Assembly: GCA_026026165.1 (NCBI GenBank)
Contig: JAPEUD010000053.1
Location: forward strand, 124,001 to 179,027
Length of the DNA: 55,027 bases
DNA from: Sarea resinae
Lineage: Eukaryota
Direction: 5' to 3'
Positions 12,895 to 26,929 of the stretch are shown one piece after another; within the stretch, counting starts at the first letter, position 1, and every line of letters starts with the position of its first letter. The translations under genes were made by a program, and so were the position numbers. The notes beneath the pieces were generated by a model that had not been told where the DNA came from, did not search any database, and saw nothing but the letters and a program-made list of their open reading frames with translations.

Positions 12895-13872
12895 TCTCGA
12901 CTCTACTACTAACCACCACCACCAAGCACCACCACATCTACTCTTGCCTACCTGCCTCACGCAGTACTCGACCGACTCCACATTCGTACAAAGTACATGC
13001 CCTACACATACCTTACACACACATACACTTGCACACACTGACATACTCGACACACCTGCACGCAGCAATACCCCCCCTCATCCATGCAATTATCCTTTCC
13101 CTCATGTAACTAACATGTAGTCACACCGTCTCGAGTGACCGTCGACTTGTCCGATGGGCTCTCATTGGCCGTCGTCGGGCCTGTCCCTCTGGCTTCTGCC
13201 CCTCGCTCTCTAGACTCTCTAGACTCTCGTTCGCCCGCTCGCTCGCTCGCTCGTTCGCTAACTATTCTCCTCCTCCCCCCCATACATCAACCACTCACCA
13301 TCTTACGCACTTCGCCTGCCACAGTCGCGCATATTCTGCCACGTCCTTCGCCAGGCTCTCTATGGTTTCGGGCTCATGTAAGGCGACGCCTACGGGAGGT
13401 TCTACCCGCTGTGCCATCCAAACTGTCGGGCTCAAATCAATCATGTGACATACTTTGCTCCGCTTCGACGAATCAATTTTTTTCAAAACCCTCCTCTGCG
13501 CATGCGGCGGCGTCGTCGGTGGCTTTTCTCTCTCATCCTTCATCTTCCTGCTCAGAGCGCAACCCACAAAATAGCGCCATCGTCGTCCCTGTCCCGCTCA
13601 TCTGTCAAGAGTGCAAACCCCCCAATCTCCCTACCTTATGTGGGTGCTTGTCGATTCCTCCTCCTCTTTTTGGTGTCGTGCGCTGCCCCCTTGGCGCAAA
13701 CAATGACATTGTTTACAATCGCATCTCTCTCGTGATCGATCACCCTCTGTCTTTAGCTTAGAGAGTCTCATGTGACTCGTCATTCGCTTGATTGAACCCT
13801 TCGTTCCAGTGGTGAGAGCAGTTGCGCGTGGACGGTGGTGCCCGAAAAGGCCCCATTCTGCGCCGGGTCGGT

Positions 13873-15468
13873 ATGGCAAAGTCTCCTGCCATCTTGAAGC
13901 TATCCAACGAACTGCTCAGGGAGATTCTCGACCACATCGAAGCCGATCCGGAGAAGAGCGTAAGTATCGATCGACGCGCATATCTTTCCGTCGAGAGCTT
14001 TCGACCACCGAGTCCGCCAGTGCCCGCTCAGGCGCAGGACATTGGGCATTTCCGGCTGGTATGCAGGCGTTTTGCGGAGCTGGGGATTCCCCATCAATTT
14101 ACGCGTGTGACGGTGAGATTCTCACGCAAGGACCTGCTTCGGCTCGAGACCATCGCGGATCATGCCCATATTGCCGAGCATGTCAAGAAGTTTAGTTACA
14201 TGGTCCCATGTTTCTACGTGGAAGGTATGCTGACCGACGCTGACGCAAGACGACAATGACTGAATTAAACAGGCAGAGCGCGCATCCGGGAGCTCTTTCG
14301 CGATTTTCAAGGCGAGCTGGGCGCCTTGGACGCTGGCCATTTCATCCGCAAAGCATTGGATCAGATGGACATTGTTCGATCCCAAGACGATCTTCGGGCG
14401 CTGAAGAAGGCTGCCGTGGCGTTTACTTCCCTGCAGCATGTTCAGATTCTACGGCTCCAAGACGAAGCCGATCGACACCTTTTGGACTTCATTCGAGATA
14501 ACCGGGATCTTGCCACTCAACTTGTTGACCTTCGGTGGACACCAGCTTGTATCCATGGATCGAAGACGGTGGGCGAAGCGCTATTCGAAGCTCGCTCTCC
14601 TTATTTCCAGCGATTTTCTGGGCCGCAGATGAACCCTCAAAGTGTGATCGCCCTCAAAGATAGTCCGACCAGGATCGTTTCATCTCTCGCGGCTCGTCTG
14701 ACCTGCCTTGAACTCCACTTTGACGAGGGCTTCGAGCTGGATGCAAAGATGAGAGAGCTTTCACCCCTATTTAAAACAGTATTTTCGGCAGCCACCGCCA
14801 TGCAAGCCGTGCATGTAGGCTTTCCCTCGCGTTTTCCCTTGGGTCTGAAGCTCGAGGAAATCTTCCACGGCATTCGCTGGGAGAAACTCCGCGCTTTTGG
14901 CATCCAGGCTTGGAGACTTGACGCCGAGGAAATTGTCTCCCTCGCCCGACGTCATCGAAGGACGTTGAGAGGCTTGAGACTTCGTGATATCCTTCTCAAA
15001 GAAGGAAGCATGTGGAAAGACGTTCTGGGGATGCTACGAGAGGAGATGGAGCTCCTCGACTGGGTCAGCCTGCGACGAATAGGCTATTCCAAGTCATTCG
15101 ACGAACAGTGGGCCGGCAGTGTCGAGGTGCCCGAAGACCCGCCTGGGAGTGACAGCGATGATGAAGACGAATTCCCGCATCACATGGCTACTGAGGACGA
15201 CGGAGACTACGACGATGACGATGACGACGAAGAATTCGATGACACGGACGAGAGTATCGACAACGATAGCGACCAAGGGCCTGAAGCAAACGAATTGGCT
15301 CTATCTCCCGACACGCCGTCCTCGGTCCCGTGGTGTAACTGCGGCCAGGGCATGTACCCGGGTAGTGCCGACGAGCTAGGCGACAATGGGTTCAATGTAG
15401 ATTACCTGCAGCGAAAGCTCTGGGAGAAGTGGGTCATTGGGCGTTGTCCGGAACATAGCTCGAGTTGA
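13873..15468 (+). CDS. F-box-like protein with LRR-like central region and acidic C-terminus
   Basis: ATG 13873; ILKLSNELLREILDHI...FRLVCRRFAELG is F-box-like; intron 14225-14272 (GTATGC..CAG) joins the two long ORFs in frame. Confidence 0.75.
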
Positions 15469-15669
15469 CGGGATTGAGCTTGTCTCAGACGAGACACAAG
15501 ACGACAGAAACGGTATTTACCACAGGGGTTTTATCTATTTATCTTTTACGCGGATCTCCAGCATTTTTTAGCAAGGTTTGTTGGTTGAAGATTTGGCGGA
15601 GAGACGAGGAGGCCGAGTTGGTGTCGTTTGTGTGTGGAGGGGGGAAGGGGGGTGAGAGAGGCAGAGAGG

Positions 15670-16017
15670 GTGTGTGTGTGTGTGTGTGTGTATAAAAAAA
15701 GCTGTGTGCGGCAGGATTATGTACACGATAGACAGGTCTTGTCTCTCAGAGGCATAGTCACACACACAGCCACACAGCAATAGCACGCCAACAACAACAC
15801 AACAACAACAGCAGCAACATTATCATCATCATCATCATCATCATCATCTATCTCAATCCCCCGCCCTCTCATCCCCTCTCCACCCTTTCTAGCAGAAAAG
15901 TCGGGAAGCAATAATCACAGCTATTTCTAAACAAACAAAACCTACTATAATTCGTTCGTGCTCTCTAATTACAGATCCCATGTCGGAACCCACCCCGTCC
16001 CCTAAATGATCAATAAT

Positions 16018-16051
<34 letters not shown>

Positions 16052-16548
16052 AGAAATGTCAAAGGTCTAGATACTAGTGAGATACCTACCTACCTACCTA
16101 CCTACCTACCTACCTACCTCCCTAGGCAAACCTGTGGGTGTCCTAGGTGCGCCCTGATAAAGACTCCTAGGACCCGGGCTCGCCTGCGTTATGCGCCTTG
16201 GGCTGTTATATAGAGTAGTCGTGCGATTCTATAGGATGAGTTAAGGAAGGACTCTTTGTGTCTGTTGTTGTTATTGTCGTTAGGAAGGTGGTGGTACGGT
16301 AGGTTGTAGTAGTAGCACTAGCACCAGCAGCACTAGCACCACAACCACCCGCAGAAGTAAAGAAGATAAGGTAAGGGAGTATAAGAAGGCATTTTACTCG
16401 GTACGAGCCTACTAGCCTACTAGCCTACAGCGAACAGCAAAAAAGAAAGAGAAGAGAGAGGTAGTATAGATTAATTATCCTAGTTTACTGCTGTACTATA
16501 CTACTAGGTATAGAACTTGTCTGCTTGTTTAAGATAAGTTGGGGAGCT

Positions 16549-16592
<44 letters not shown>
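15670..16592. repeat. Microsatellite cluster: (GT)11 15670-15691, CAA/CAT runs, C32 16020-16051, (TACC)9 16083-16118, (AG)18 16557-16592
   Basis: Read directly from the sequence, between two convergent genes. Confidence 0.9.
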
Positions 16593-16597
<5 letters not shown>

Positions 16598-17071
16598 CCT
16601 CAAAGAAGGCTCGGTTTTGATCGTGGCGTATGTACATCTGAATAGGTCCGCTCGAGTGGCTTGAGAAGAGATGATGGTGATAGGATGGGATGGGATGGGA
16701 TGGGATAGAAGAGATGCGAAGAGATGAGAAGAGATGAGAGGAGCCGATATAATCAGCAGAGTAGAAGACAGGCAAGGAAAATGAGAAAGGGAAAGACACG
16801 GTGAAAAGACAAGGTGAAAAGACATGAATGCAAAGTACGCCATCCATGGGCGAAGGAGCGAAAGGAGAAGAGAGCAGTGAGAGACCTGGAGACCAGAGAC
16901 CAGAGACCAGAGACCAGACTAGAAGATAGGGAAGACGAAAAAGGATGCATGGACATAAACGCCATTTTTTTGACCCTGCATTGAACGCCGCCGCGTGTCA
17001 ACGCCACGCCCCCGCCACGCATGATTGACGAAAGAGAAGAATACAAGGAACAGAGGCACAAGTGACTTTGC

Positions 17072-18858
17072 TCAATCGAGCTCTTCGAATCGGCCTTCCT
17101 CCACGGCTTGCTCCACGGGGTTTCGCACGTTCATGACGCCTGTCCTCTTGAGTCTGTGTTTCGCTCATGGCGAGTCAGCTGGTGTCCAATGGGTCGATGC
17201 GTGGTCAAGAAAGCAAGTGAGACCTAGAGCAGAGTGGCACGAACCGTTCAAACAAGACCATCAACCTCTCCGCCTCCCTCTCCTTTTCTTCCTCCGTCAT
17301 CTCCGGCCCGGCATCCACCGGCTCCCTATCGCGTCTCTGGCCCGTGATCGGATTGATCGGGACCTCCCGGCCATCGCTATCCGTCGCGGTGGCCGTACTC
17401 CACGCCTGCTCCGCGTGCGCGGGGATCGGAAGGTTGTGAGTCATGAGAAAGCCCGACGCGAAGCCGTACCCGACGTTGTGCACAAACTGCGAGGCGTCTT
17501 TACCGGACATCTCGAACATGAGCGAGGAGATGGATTCGCGCACGTTGGGCGCCATGGCCGAGGTCGACAGGCGCAGGAGACGCGAGGCCAGCGTGTCGGA
17601 GCGGCCCATGGGCTTGTCGCGCTCCTCGTCCGACGGCAGGAGCAGCCATTGCATGTAGCGTTTCACGCTGTCCGGGCCGAACTCGAAGATCCGTCGCAGC
17701 AGAGTGATGAGCGGCGCGGCGAGCTGGTCGAGCTCGGTTTCCGAGTAGGTACGCACCGAAGCGTCGAGGATGTTGATGAGGTGCTCGACGTTGGTCTTCT
17801 GGTCCATTTTCGGGAACATGGGCGACTTCTGGTCTTCGAGATCGAGATTCATGACGGCGTTGATGAGGTAATTGATTGGTTGGTGCAAGGGCGGATTTGG
17901 CACGCGATGCCGGCAGAGGATCCGCAAGATTTCCGGGATCGAGGGGTCGAAGTCGCCAGAACGGTCGGGATAGAAGTGTGTTATATTGAATACCAATTTC
18001 AGGGTTTCGGACAGGGCCATGTCATCGTGGGCGGACGGTTTGGTGTTGCGGCTGCTTTTTTTGGAGTACACCTTGGAGTGTCGTGCAATGTTCTTCCCGA
18101 TGGATAAGCATTGACCTGCGCCAGATTCATCGTAGATATCGAACTTACTTGGTTGATGCTCTGGGCGAGCTGGCAATCATCAATCAATGTTTCAAAGTTC
18201 AAGTCCGTATCGTAGGTTAGGAGAAACAAGATGCGCGAGATCAAGAACTCGTCGTCGCTGTTGTCTTCCTGAAGAAGTCGTCAGCATATGTGCCCGGGCG
18301 TGAGAACAGTCTTGTTGCCCTGCCTTCAATCTCTCTGCCGCCTTCGGGGCATATCCTAGATCCACAAACATCTGCCGTGTCGTGGGTGCGAGGAACAGTG
18401 CGTTGACCAAGCATCGAAGTGCCTCGCGAGACGCCTCTGTCGAGGTCTCCCTGAAGCTATGCCTGGCCAAAGTGTCGATACCCTGCCCATAATCATGTCA
18501 GACTGATGTCTTCGAGAATCCGGATAGCCAGCACTGACCTCTTTCGTAAAGATAGGGCCTGCATTTTCGACCTTGCGTCCGTATATCTTCACTTGCTCCA
18601 ATCTCTTCTTCCGCTCTATATTACCACTTCATCAGTCTCTTGCTAAACGAGCATGGGCGTGGAGCACTCACCAGCTGGTTGGAGCGTCTGCTCTGAAAGG
18701 TCGACTCGTAGAGTCTCCAGCAGGCTCGTCACCTCATCCAACTTGGCTGCTCGGCATCAGCAGGCTGATTGATCAAGAACAGCATAATGTAGCCCAGGGT
18801 ATGCAGACCTTCTCTGGACGACTGAGTGGAGCCATTTCGAGTCCTGGTTACGCTGGCC

Positions 18859-18860
<2 letters not shown>
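17072..18860 (-). CDS. ric8: Ric8/synembryn G-alpha guanine nucleotide exchange factor
   Basis: Seven-exon model from ATG 18860 to TGA 17072. Motifs EALRCLVNALFL, EFLISRILFLLTY, FVHNVGYGFASGFL, INPITGQ, EMTEEEKEREAERLMVLFERLKRTGV. Confidence 0.95.

Positions 18861-18894
<34 letters not shown>
18859..18894. repeat. (ATG/CAT)12 trinucleotide repeat directly abutting the ric8 start codon
   Basis: Read directly from the sequence. Confidence 0.9.
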
Positions 18895-20483
18895 CGTTGG
18901 GTGGTTGCTTTGGGCTTTGGGCTTTGGGCTTTGAATGCGCTTCGAGAGAGTGCCGCAATGGCGAGGGGCAGCCCAGGCTTTAACAGTGGGAGGGTGTGAA
19001 AGGCTGAGGCGGATTGTCCAGGCACCTACTCCAGAGTAGGTGGCGGATCGATGGATTCTTTGTCGTCGTTGGTGGTTGGCCCTGGGGCTTGCAAGCGCGC
19101 TGTGGGGTCAGTGGACGGCGTGGACGCCCTATTACGCTATTGACGTCTCTCGATCAAGAATGAATGGGCCATGTCAGCAGCACGGTCGGCTGCTGTCTTT
19201 AACAAAGGATATTGAGTTTCTACTTGGCTCGACTCGACAAAGAAACCCCTAAGGGTCCGAGACACTACTTTGGATATCCATACCAAGACTCTCGACCGTA
19301 CTTCTACTACTAAGGTATGTACTGATATAAGACTGAGGGGCGATCAACGACGATATGATGCCCGGAGCCATGAATATACCCAGACACACTTTCAGCCCAC
19401 AGCTTCAGGCTCCAGAGGATGGATACCTTGCCTACCTTGCCTACCTTGCCTACTGAGCTACTGCGGGGAGCGGCTGGCTGCGGCTGACGCGCAGTAGGCG
19501 ACACCACTAAAGCCAATTCGGCCGGTCTGTCCATTTGGTCCATCAGGCTCACAGCGAGAGTACTGAAGTAGTGCATGATGAAGGTATTGAGGATCCATCA
19601 ACATTTCATCATCAGCATCAGCATCAGCATCAGCATCATGGGACTCCATTGTAATGGCCGACGTGCACGAATAATGTACTGCCTCGTACCTTAGTCTTTG
19701 ATTTCCCCACACCGCCACCACGACTCCCCTAGCACAGTACCGCAGTACCTCCAGCTGTAACCTTACATAGTACCAGTCAAGGTACCGCGTACCAGTGTAC
19801 CGTGACCCGTCGCCGGTGTGTATTCGTACCCCTTGCCCTGTGCTCAAACCTGCATTACCAAGAGGTACTTCGGCGTACCTTTCCTTCGTCGATGTGACAT
19901 GTATTCGCATCGTGCACAGTCGTGAGAGCACGAAGAACGTGCACGCGATCACCATGGACAAAGGCTGTTCTTCCAGCTCGTCAATCTGCCATCTATTGCC
20001 TGTACATAGGAGGCGTCTCATTGCCTTGCACGACGGATATTTGCTGTGCTTCGTTTTGCAAGAGAATAGAATGGTGTCTACCATGCTGGCACTTAAATTT
20101 AAGCGTATCATTCTGATGGCTTAGTCACCTAATCAATTACCGTTCTTTGTCGTAGCTAGCGAAGCACCCAACGCGCATGACACGTCCCCGAGCGCGACCG
20201 GCCAACCACCTCGCGTTCTCCGGCGCCCATCGACTTGGAGATGCCATGGACTCTCAACCACCAGCGCAAAACCACCACGATTTGCTCTTGGCTTCGGCCT
20301 CACGACCATCACGATCGTTGCTATCCATTGTTGCTCCGGGTGCCTGCTGAACGGATCTCATCCCTCTTCCGATCCGAGTATGGTTCTGTCTCGCTTTGCT
20401 TCTGGTCCATGAGCCGTGTTTTTTGCTTTGGCGTCTGCTTCGTCTGATCTCGATACCCATTCACGCTTCCTCCGGATTCGATC

Positions 20484-23400
20484 ATGTTGCACTCCGCGTG
20501 TCGCCCGGAAAACTTGCCACGCCCGCCGACGCCCCCTCGAGGATCCTTGACCGATCTCAAGGGCGTTCCAACCTTTGGCGATTTCAATTCTTCCCTTGGA
20601 GATTTATCCCCTCTGCAGCCACTCGATACACCTCCAAACGAATACCCTTCATCATCTGCAGAATCTGGCAAGTCCACTAAGCGTGTGGGCTTCTCGCCAT
20701 GGACGGACTATCATAAGGCACCATCTTATCATAGCAACAGTCCTGGGTTGGAAAAGATCCTAAGGCCTCTTCCCCCATCGCGAGAGCGAAAATCGAGCAA
20801 GTCGATTCTGAAGCCATACGACAAGCTGGTGCCGTTACTCTCGACAACAAATTCGACAAACACAGGGGGCCACTCGGTGCATAGGTTCGCAAGTTTTGCA
20901 GCGATGTTGGAATCCGTTGTACAACAATTGGCGAGAGAAGGCCGTTCCTCACGATTAGACGCCTATATTTCTCTCTCTGGGACCCTGAAAGCGTACGATG
21001 GCGTGCCGGATGCCAAAGCCATGGCTGAAAAGATGGGCCTCTTTATGCAATTTATTCGGAGGGACATGTCCGCACGAATGCCGGAATCTGATGCCCTCGA
21101 TACACAGCTTATCACGCAAGCACTGAAGTTGCTCACGATCTTTCTCTGGACTCCCCAACTTTCGGAAAATCTCAACGAAGAGTTCCGATCCTTCATCATC
21201 GATCACACGATATCCGTCTTGGACGATTCTCGCGTCTCCAAAGCCATCATTAATCATTACATGCATCTGTTAGCCCATCAGAAATTCTCCGGTCGAATCA
21301 TGACAGCCGATCGGGCAAACCGTATCATCACGTCGCTGGCAACCATCGAAGATCGCGTTACGGGCAGTGGAATCATTGGAGAGCGTCTGATGGTGTACGG
21401 AAGACTACTGAATCAATCCAGAGCTGTCATGATAACGCGCGTTGGAGACTGGATTGAGCATCTCTTCTCCGGTATGCTGAGCACCGTCAAGGAGATTCGT
21501 GTTCGTGCGATCACTTTTGGAATAGAGTCGGGATTGGCTTTGGGAGCCGTTGAAAAGGTCTCGCAGGCGATGATGGAAATATTTGACAGGGACGTGGACA
21601 CGGAAAAGTTCGCCGATTACCTTGGTACATCTCTGAATAAAATGGTGACCGTGAAAGAGAATGGGGCGGTCGTTCCACAGATCTGGAGCGTCGTTGTGCT
21701 ATTCCTCCGAAGTCGATGTCAATGCCGTCGACATCGCCAACTTGAGCACCGTCAACTTGAGCACTGGGAGCATTTCAAGCTTTGGCTGTACACCATCCAA
21801 CGATGCTTCAATTCAAACGATCTTCTGATCAAATTCCAGGCCAATCTTGCCTGGAATAAGCTCATCTTTGCAATCAATCCTGACGCAGACACCTCTCTTT
21901 CAATTGTCAAAGTACTTCGCCAACCAATCATCGGCCAGCTCGAACGCAGAGGATCTGACAAGCAATCGAAAAAGGGTAGACAGATGGGATTCTCAAGCTA
22001 TTGCATGCTGCTTTACTATGCTCTACGACCCTCTGCGACCGAGAAGCAACTAGATCTGTACTGGAGAGAGTACGTCTCACAATTGCTGCAGAATTCATCT
22101 TTTAGCATGGAGACCTCTCAAGCATGCCAACTTCTCAACACACTATTCCGAGGGCCCCAAGCAACATGGAACGAGAACCGAGCCATGGAGAACGAACAGA
22201 TCAAGGTCGAAGAATTACCACGCCTCGATCCAAGATGGATCCGTTCAAGGTTGCATCTAATTCTGCCAGTCATACGGGCCATTTTCAAGCGCGGATCGGC
22301 AAACGACAGCGAAGGGAATTCTCGGAGCGAAAAGGTCTGGCACAGCTTAATGCAATCTATGGCCGATGCTGGTACCAAAGAAGTTACGATCTCGCTCGAG
22401 CTTATGGAAGCGGTTGCCCATGTTTTCAATACGCTTCAAGAGATCTGGCTAGAAGGACCTTCAGCCGTATCTGCCACCAACGACACTGCTCGCTTTTTGA
22501 AGGTCTTTCACAATCTTGTGAGATCTACAGTGTACTGTCTTGGTGCCGTCGTCTTCACCGAGAAGATCATTTCCAGAGACTCGCAGAACAGCTTTGAGGC
22601 TGCGTCTACCCCATCTCGCCGAGCCTCTCGCAATGGCGGGGCATTACAATCGCCGCTGAACCATCTGCTTCTGATACTATCACGGCCGAGCCCTGCCACC
22701 GAAGGTACGACTGACTGCGGTGACATGGCTCAAATGGTTCTGGAGGCTTCTTGTCAGTTTCGAAGTTCTAGGAAGGCTCGTCTTGAGCTCTTGAGAGATT
22801 GTATCCTTGTGGTCTTCCCGCAATCAACGAACGGATCCAAGTCGCTCCAGCTCTCTGCTCTATGGCGTGTCATCTCCGAGTCAGCCTGTGCTGCATTATC
22901 CCAAAAGAGAGACTCTTCGCCTATGACCTCGGATAGTCCACAGCCGGTAGGCCAAGAGTATCGTGAGGTCCTACGGATACTAGAAGCTGGTTCTCGCTTC
23001 GCCGATGAAAACGTGTTGGAGGCGTGGCACAAGCTGTTCAATAAATTCATCGAAGTAGTCAGGACCGAGACGGGTGATGCCGGAGTCATATTGGCCGTGA
23101 TAGAGCCAATGGCGAACGGTCTCCGCCTACAAGGTCCTGACCAGCCTGATTGGGTTTATGTTGCAAAAGTTATAGAAAAGACCACATGGCCGCAGAACAG
23201 ACAAGCACTTGATAGAGCTCGGAAAGCACTTTGGGGGACCGTCCCATCAACTCAAAAATCTTCGAACTTCGACCCTTTCAACCATCTATACGAAATGATT
23301 GACATTGCCCTGGAAGCTGGATACCGTAGGAAGCCTTTCGGCTCAAACGATATCACAGCTGTGCTATCAGCTCTCACGGGCTTTATCAAGAGCTGCCAGG

Positions 23401-26179
23401 CGTCATATGCTGGGATTCTTTTGAAGCGTGTTCAGAAGGGAGTAGCGTTGTGGGCCCAGGATCCGGAACAGAAGGTTAATACTAGTAACCCATCACTTGC
23501 GGGGCTTTACTCGATAGTCTGTCCTGACCAGTTCTGTATCTAGTGATCGTTGCTAATTGTCCTCACAGTTGCTGGAACTATGGTCTTCCATAGTAGGTGC
23601 AGTGAAGAGTCTTCCAAGGACAGACAGCGTGGTCCTTCGAACCCTTGACACATTGATCTGTGGTGGGCTCGAGAGCCGTCGAAAAGCCATTGTGAATTCA
23701 ACAATCACGCTTTGGAATGACTCTTTCGGAAATGAGAGCGATCTCGAATATCCGTCGCGAATCCGTTATGCTTTGCAACGTCTACGGCCCATCGCTGAGT
23801 TACAGCTCCCTTCCTTTCCAGAGAGCATGGATAGCGGAGTAAGTGAAAATCCGGTCTGCCAGATAGTTCTTTGCTGATAGGTTAGCTCGTCACCACCGTA
23901 CCTACATTCTCTGAGTCTCAAGAAGATCTCGATCTAGCCATAAGTCAAACCAGTCGATCAAGCCTCTCTCCCGCCAAGCCGAAGCGGCAGGACTCTCCAT
24001 TTGTCCCCATCGAGGTCCAGCCCCTATCTTCCGAATCACGCTTGGGATTGTCCAGATCTCCCTTACAAAATCGCACACCTCGACGCTCTCGTACATCCAC
24101 CCCGGTCAAATCTACGCCTAAAGCTCGTCTCCGTCATGATGACTCCCAGATTCAATTTGCACCAATCGATTCATCTCCTCCTGGTGAGGCTTCAGGAGAA
24201 TCACAGTTGCTCACTGATCGCCAAAGGGAAGTCAAGGAGCGACAACAGACGGAGGCCGCCATGTTTCCCGACCTTCGATCTAGCCCATTGCCACGAAGTC
24301 AAGTAGGGAAAGCTCCGCACTCTGAATTGACGTTGAGCTCTAGTCTGTCCAGGGACGGAAACGTATTGTCAGATGGGCCAACGACGCCGACTCTACCGCC
24401 ACCTGCTCACAGTCCTTTCAACGAGTTTTTGCTATCATCTCCGACACCTCGTCCAGACAATGACACGTCTTCGCCATTAGAACCACGAGCTGGTCGTGAA
24501 GAAGAACAGCCAATGGAATTTCCTTCTTCACCTCCATCGCGACTAGACACGGACGATGCTGAGGCTGCTCATGACGCAAGACCAACTCGTCCAAGAATTC
24601 TAGCTGTTGATGGTGCCAACTCAGTGGATAATGAGTCATCACAGCAAGCCACCGATGTCGCAGAAAAGGGCAGCTTAGGAACGTCTTGCTCTGATGGCGA
24701 TCGAAATATCGGCCATACTTGTAAGCCGGAAAAGGAGACTACCACGATCGCGTCTCTTGTAGACTCCTCTTCCAATAATAATGATGCCTCGGAGTCACAC
24801 AAAGCCACGGGAGAGATTGCCGTGAATGCTTCTCAGCCATCATTGTACCCCTCGGACGAAACGACCACGAACTATGGACGAGCACGGCAAGACGGTCCGT
24901 CCGTCAATCCTCAGCTTATTGGGAGCGTTGACGAAATCGGAACCGTTCCGTCGATCAGCGATGACGACGATGTCAGCCGAGTGCTCAACTCCTTTTGCAT
25001 TGAGCAAGAAGACTCCATCGTCCCAACGCAGGACACCCACTGCGCGACATCAGGACTAGAAGAAGCTGCTAGAGATGCCTCTCAATTTTCCGTGGCAACA
25101 TCTCAAGGATCCTCTCAGAAACCGAAGAAAAGGAAACGGGGTTCGGTTGGCCGAGGAAAGAATGGAAAGAAGGCTAAATCGACGGCAGCAGAATCTCAAG
25201 ATGATATCTTCGATAGAAACACGGCCGCCGATGATGACGATATGTTAGACTGCATTGTTGTGGTATCAAGACCAACTGAGGAATCCCAATCCCAGTCCCA
25301 ACCCACACTCGACTGCAAACCTGAGTCAACACCAAGGAAGCCATCCCAAAAGAACGCAGAGAATACCCCATATGTGTCTAGAAAAGGAAAACCAGGGCGA
25401 CCTAAGCGGAAGATTGAAGGGTCCCAGCAAGCCGATACGACTCCTAATGCTGAGCATAGAAGGTCAAAGAAACGATTGGCTTCAGAGATCAGCACAGACC
25501 AAGGAACTACGGAGACAGTCGAGGCAGCACGAGAAATCGGTAAATACTGCAGATCCTTTTGGACTTGTTCATTTCAACTAACGCTTATGTAGCTTGCAAC
25601 GCCAGTCCACCCGCTACGAAAAGGCGGAGATCGCCTCGATCGACCCAAGGCTCTCAAGTTGGTGCTTCTCTTCTCGACTCGGATAATGATCAGGAGGGTA
25701 GTACTTCCGGAAACTATGATTCGATAATGAGTAGTTTCAAGGCATCTTCCGGGAGGAAGGGAGGAAGGAGAAAAGCTAGCCAGGCCGGCAAGGGGTCTTC
25801 GAACGAGTCTCCAGACGTTGCTGTCGCCGAAACGCAAGCCTCAGCGGCCGTCAAGAAGAATCCAGTGGAACATTTAGATGCAAGAGAAGAAAGTCCGCAA
25901 GAAGTAGATGGAGCGGCATCCACCTCACGAGAGGATGTCCTAAATGAAGAGACAGGCCAACAGAAGGCACTCCTCGCGCGCGAGGGTGATTCCCTGCAGG
26001 AGCCTACAGCTCCTGAAGGAGAGGAAACAACGGAGACTGGAATTTTATCAGCATTGCGACGGATATTAGGGAGTTTGAAACGGGCAGTAGTGGGGCCTGA
26101 CGCATTACGAGAGATGGACGATGTCCTCTTCGAAGTCCGAAAGGAAGCCCATCAGGCGTCTTTGCGACATGCCGAGTAG
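20484..26179 (+). CDS. RIF1: Rif1 telomere-length and replication-timing regulator
   Basis: Introns 23517-23568, 23839-23885 and 25540-25592 join four ORFs in frame. PP1-docking motifs KRVGF (20679-20693) and SILK (20802-20813), a helical N-terminal domain, RLRHDDSQIQF and a disordered C-terminus. Confidence 0.92.
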
Positions 26180-26929
26180 GAGTTTGGATGATTGGTTCTC
26201 CCGGGGCCGGGTGGAGTTTTGGCCATGGGGTTGGATGATGGCATTTGGGGCATTGGAGTACTACTAAGGGCGTCACTTGTGTATCATTACGTTTCGTTGC
26301 GACCAACCCGCTCAGCTAGCCAGCCGTTGGATACCCACGGCAAGCATTGATCATCGTCTCTCTTCTCTCTTCTCTCTTGTCTCGTCTCTCGTCTCTCGTC
26401 ATCTATCGATTGACACGGGGAGATGCAGCAGATCTCGTGGTACCTCGATGCCATTGGCGAAGACGTACTCCGACGTACTCGGACGTACAGCGTAGTAGAC
26501 ATGAAACGATTCAGGGTCCGATGCGAGGGGTCTCGAATGATGTAGCCTTTGTAGCTCTGTAGGCCGTTGCTGTAGAGTATTGCTCGCTATGAGGGGCAGC
26601 AGCCCAAAGCTCTCGACCACCCCACCCCAAAACCGACCGATGAACCTGAGGCGTTCATGCTGCGAGGCTATCTCATTCAATATCTGACTTCATTGATCTC
26701 GAGATACTAGGCACGCATCCATTCCATCTTCCCCGAACACCTCTCAATTTCTTGCATTCACCTCAAGGACACAGCCAACTACCTAGAAGCTCAATACAAA
26801 TACACATACAAATACACATACACATACTCACAAGCATTCACTCCTCCGCACGCATCTTCACCTTCACTTCGCCCGCAACCAATCTCACACTTCTCATCAG
26901 ATCTCACATCTTCTGCAACAATCGCAATC

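Noticed and set aside
10900..13870. Many short ORFs in the 3-kb IKS1/F-box divergent region, including DDLSEDDIVLL and DLSTNDII peptides vaguely like a GTPase N-terminus
   Set aside because: No P-loop follows and no consistent frame; treated as promoter plus long 5'UTR.
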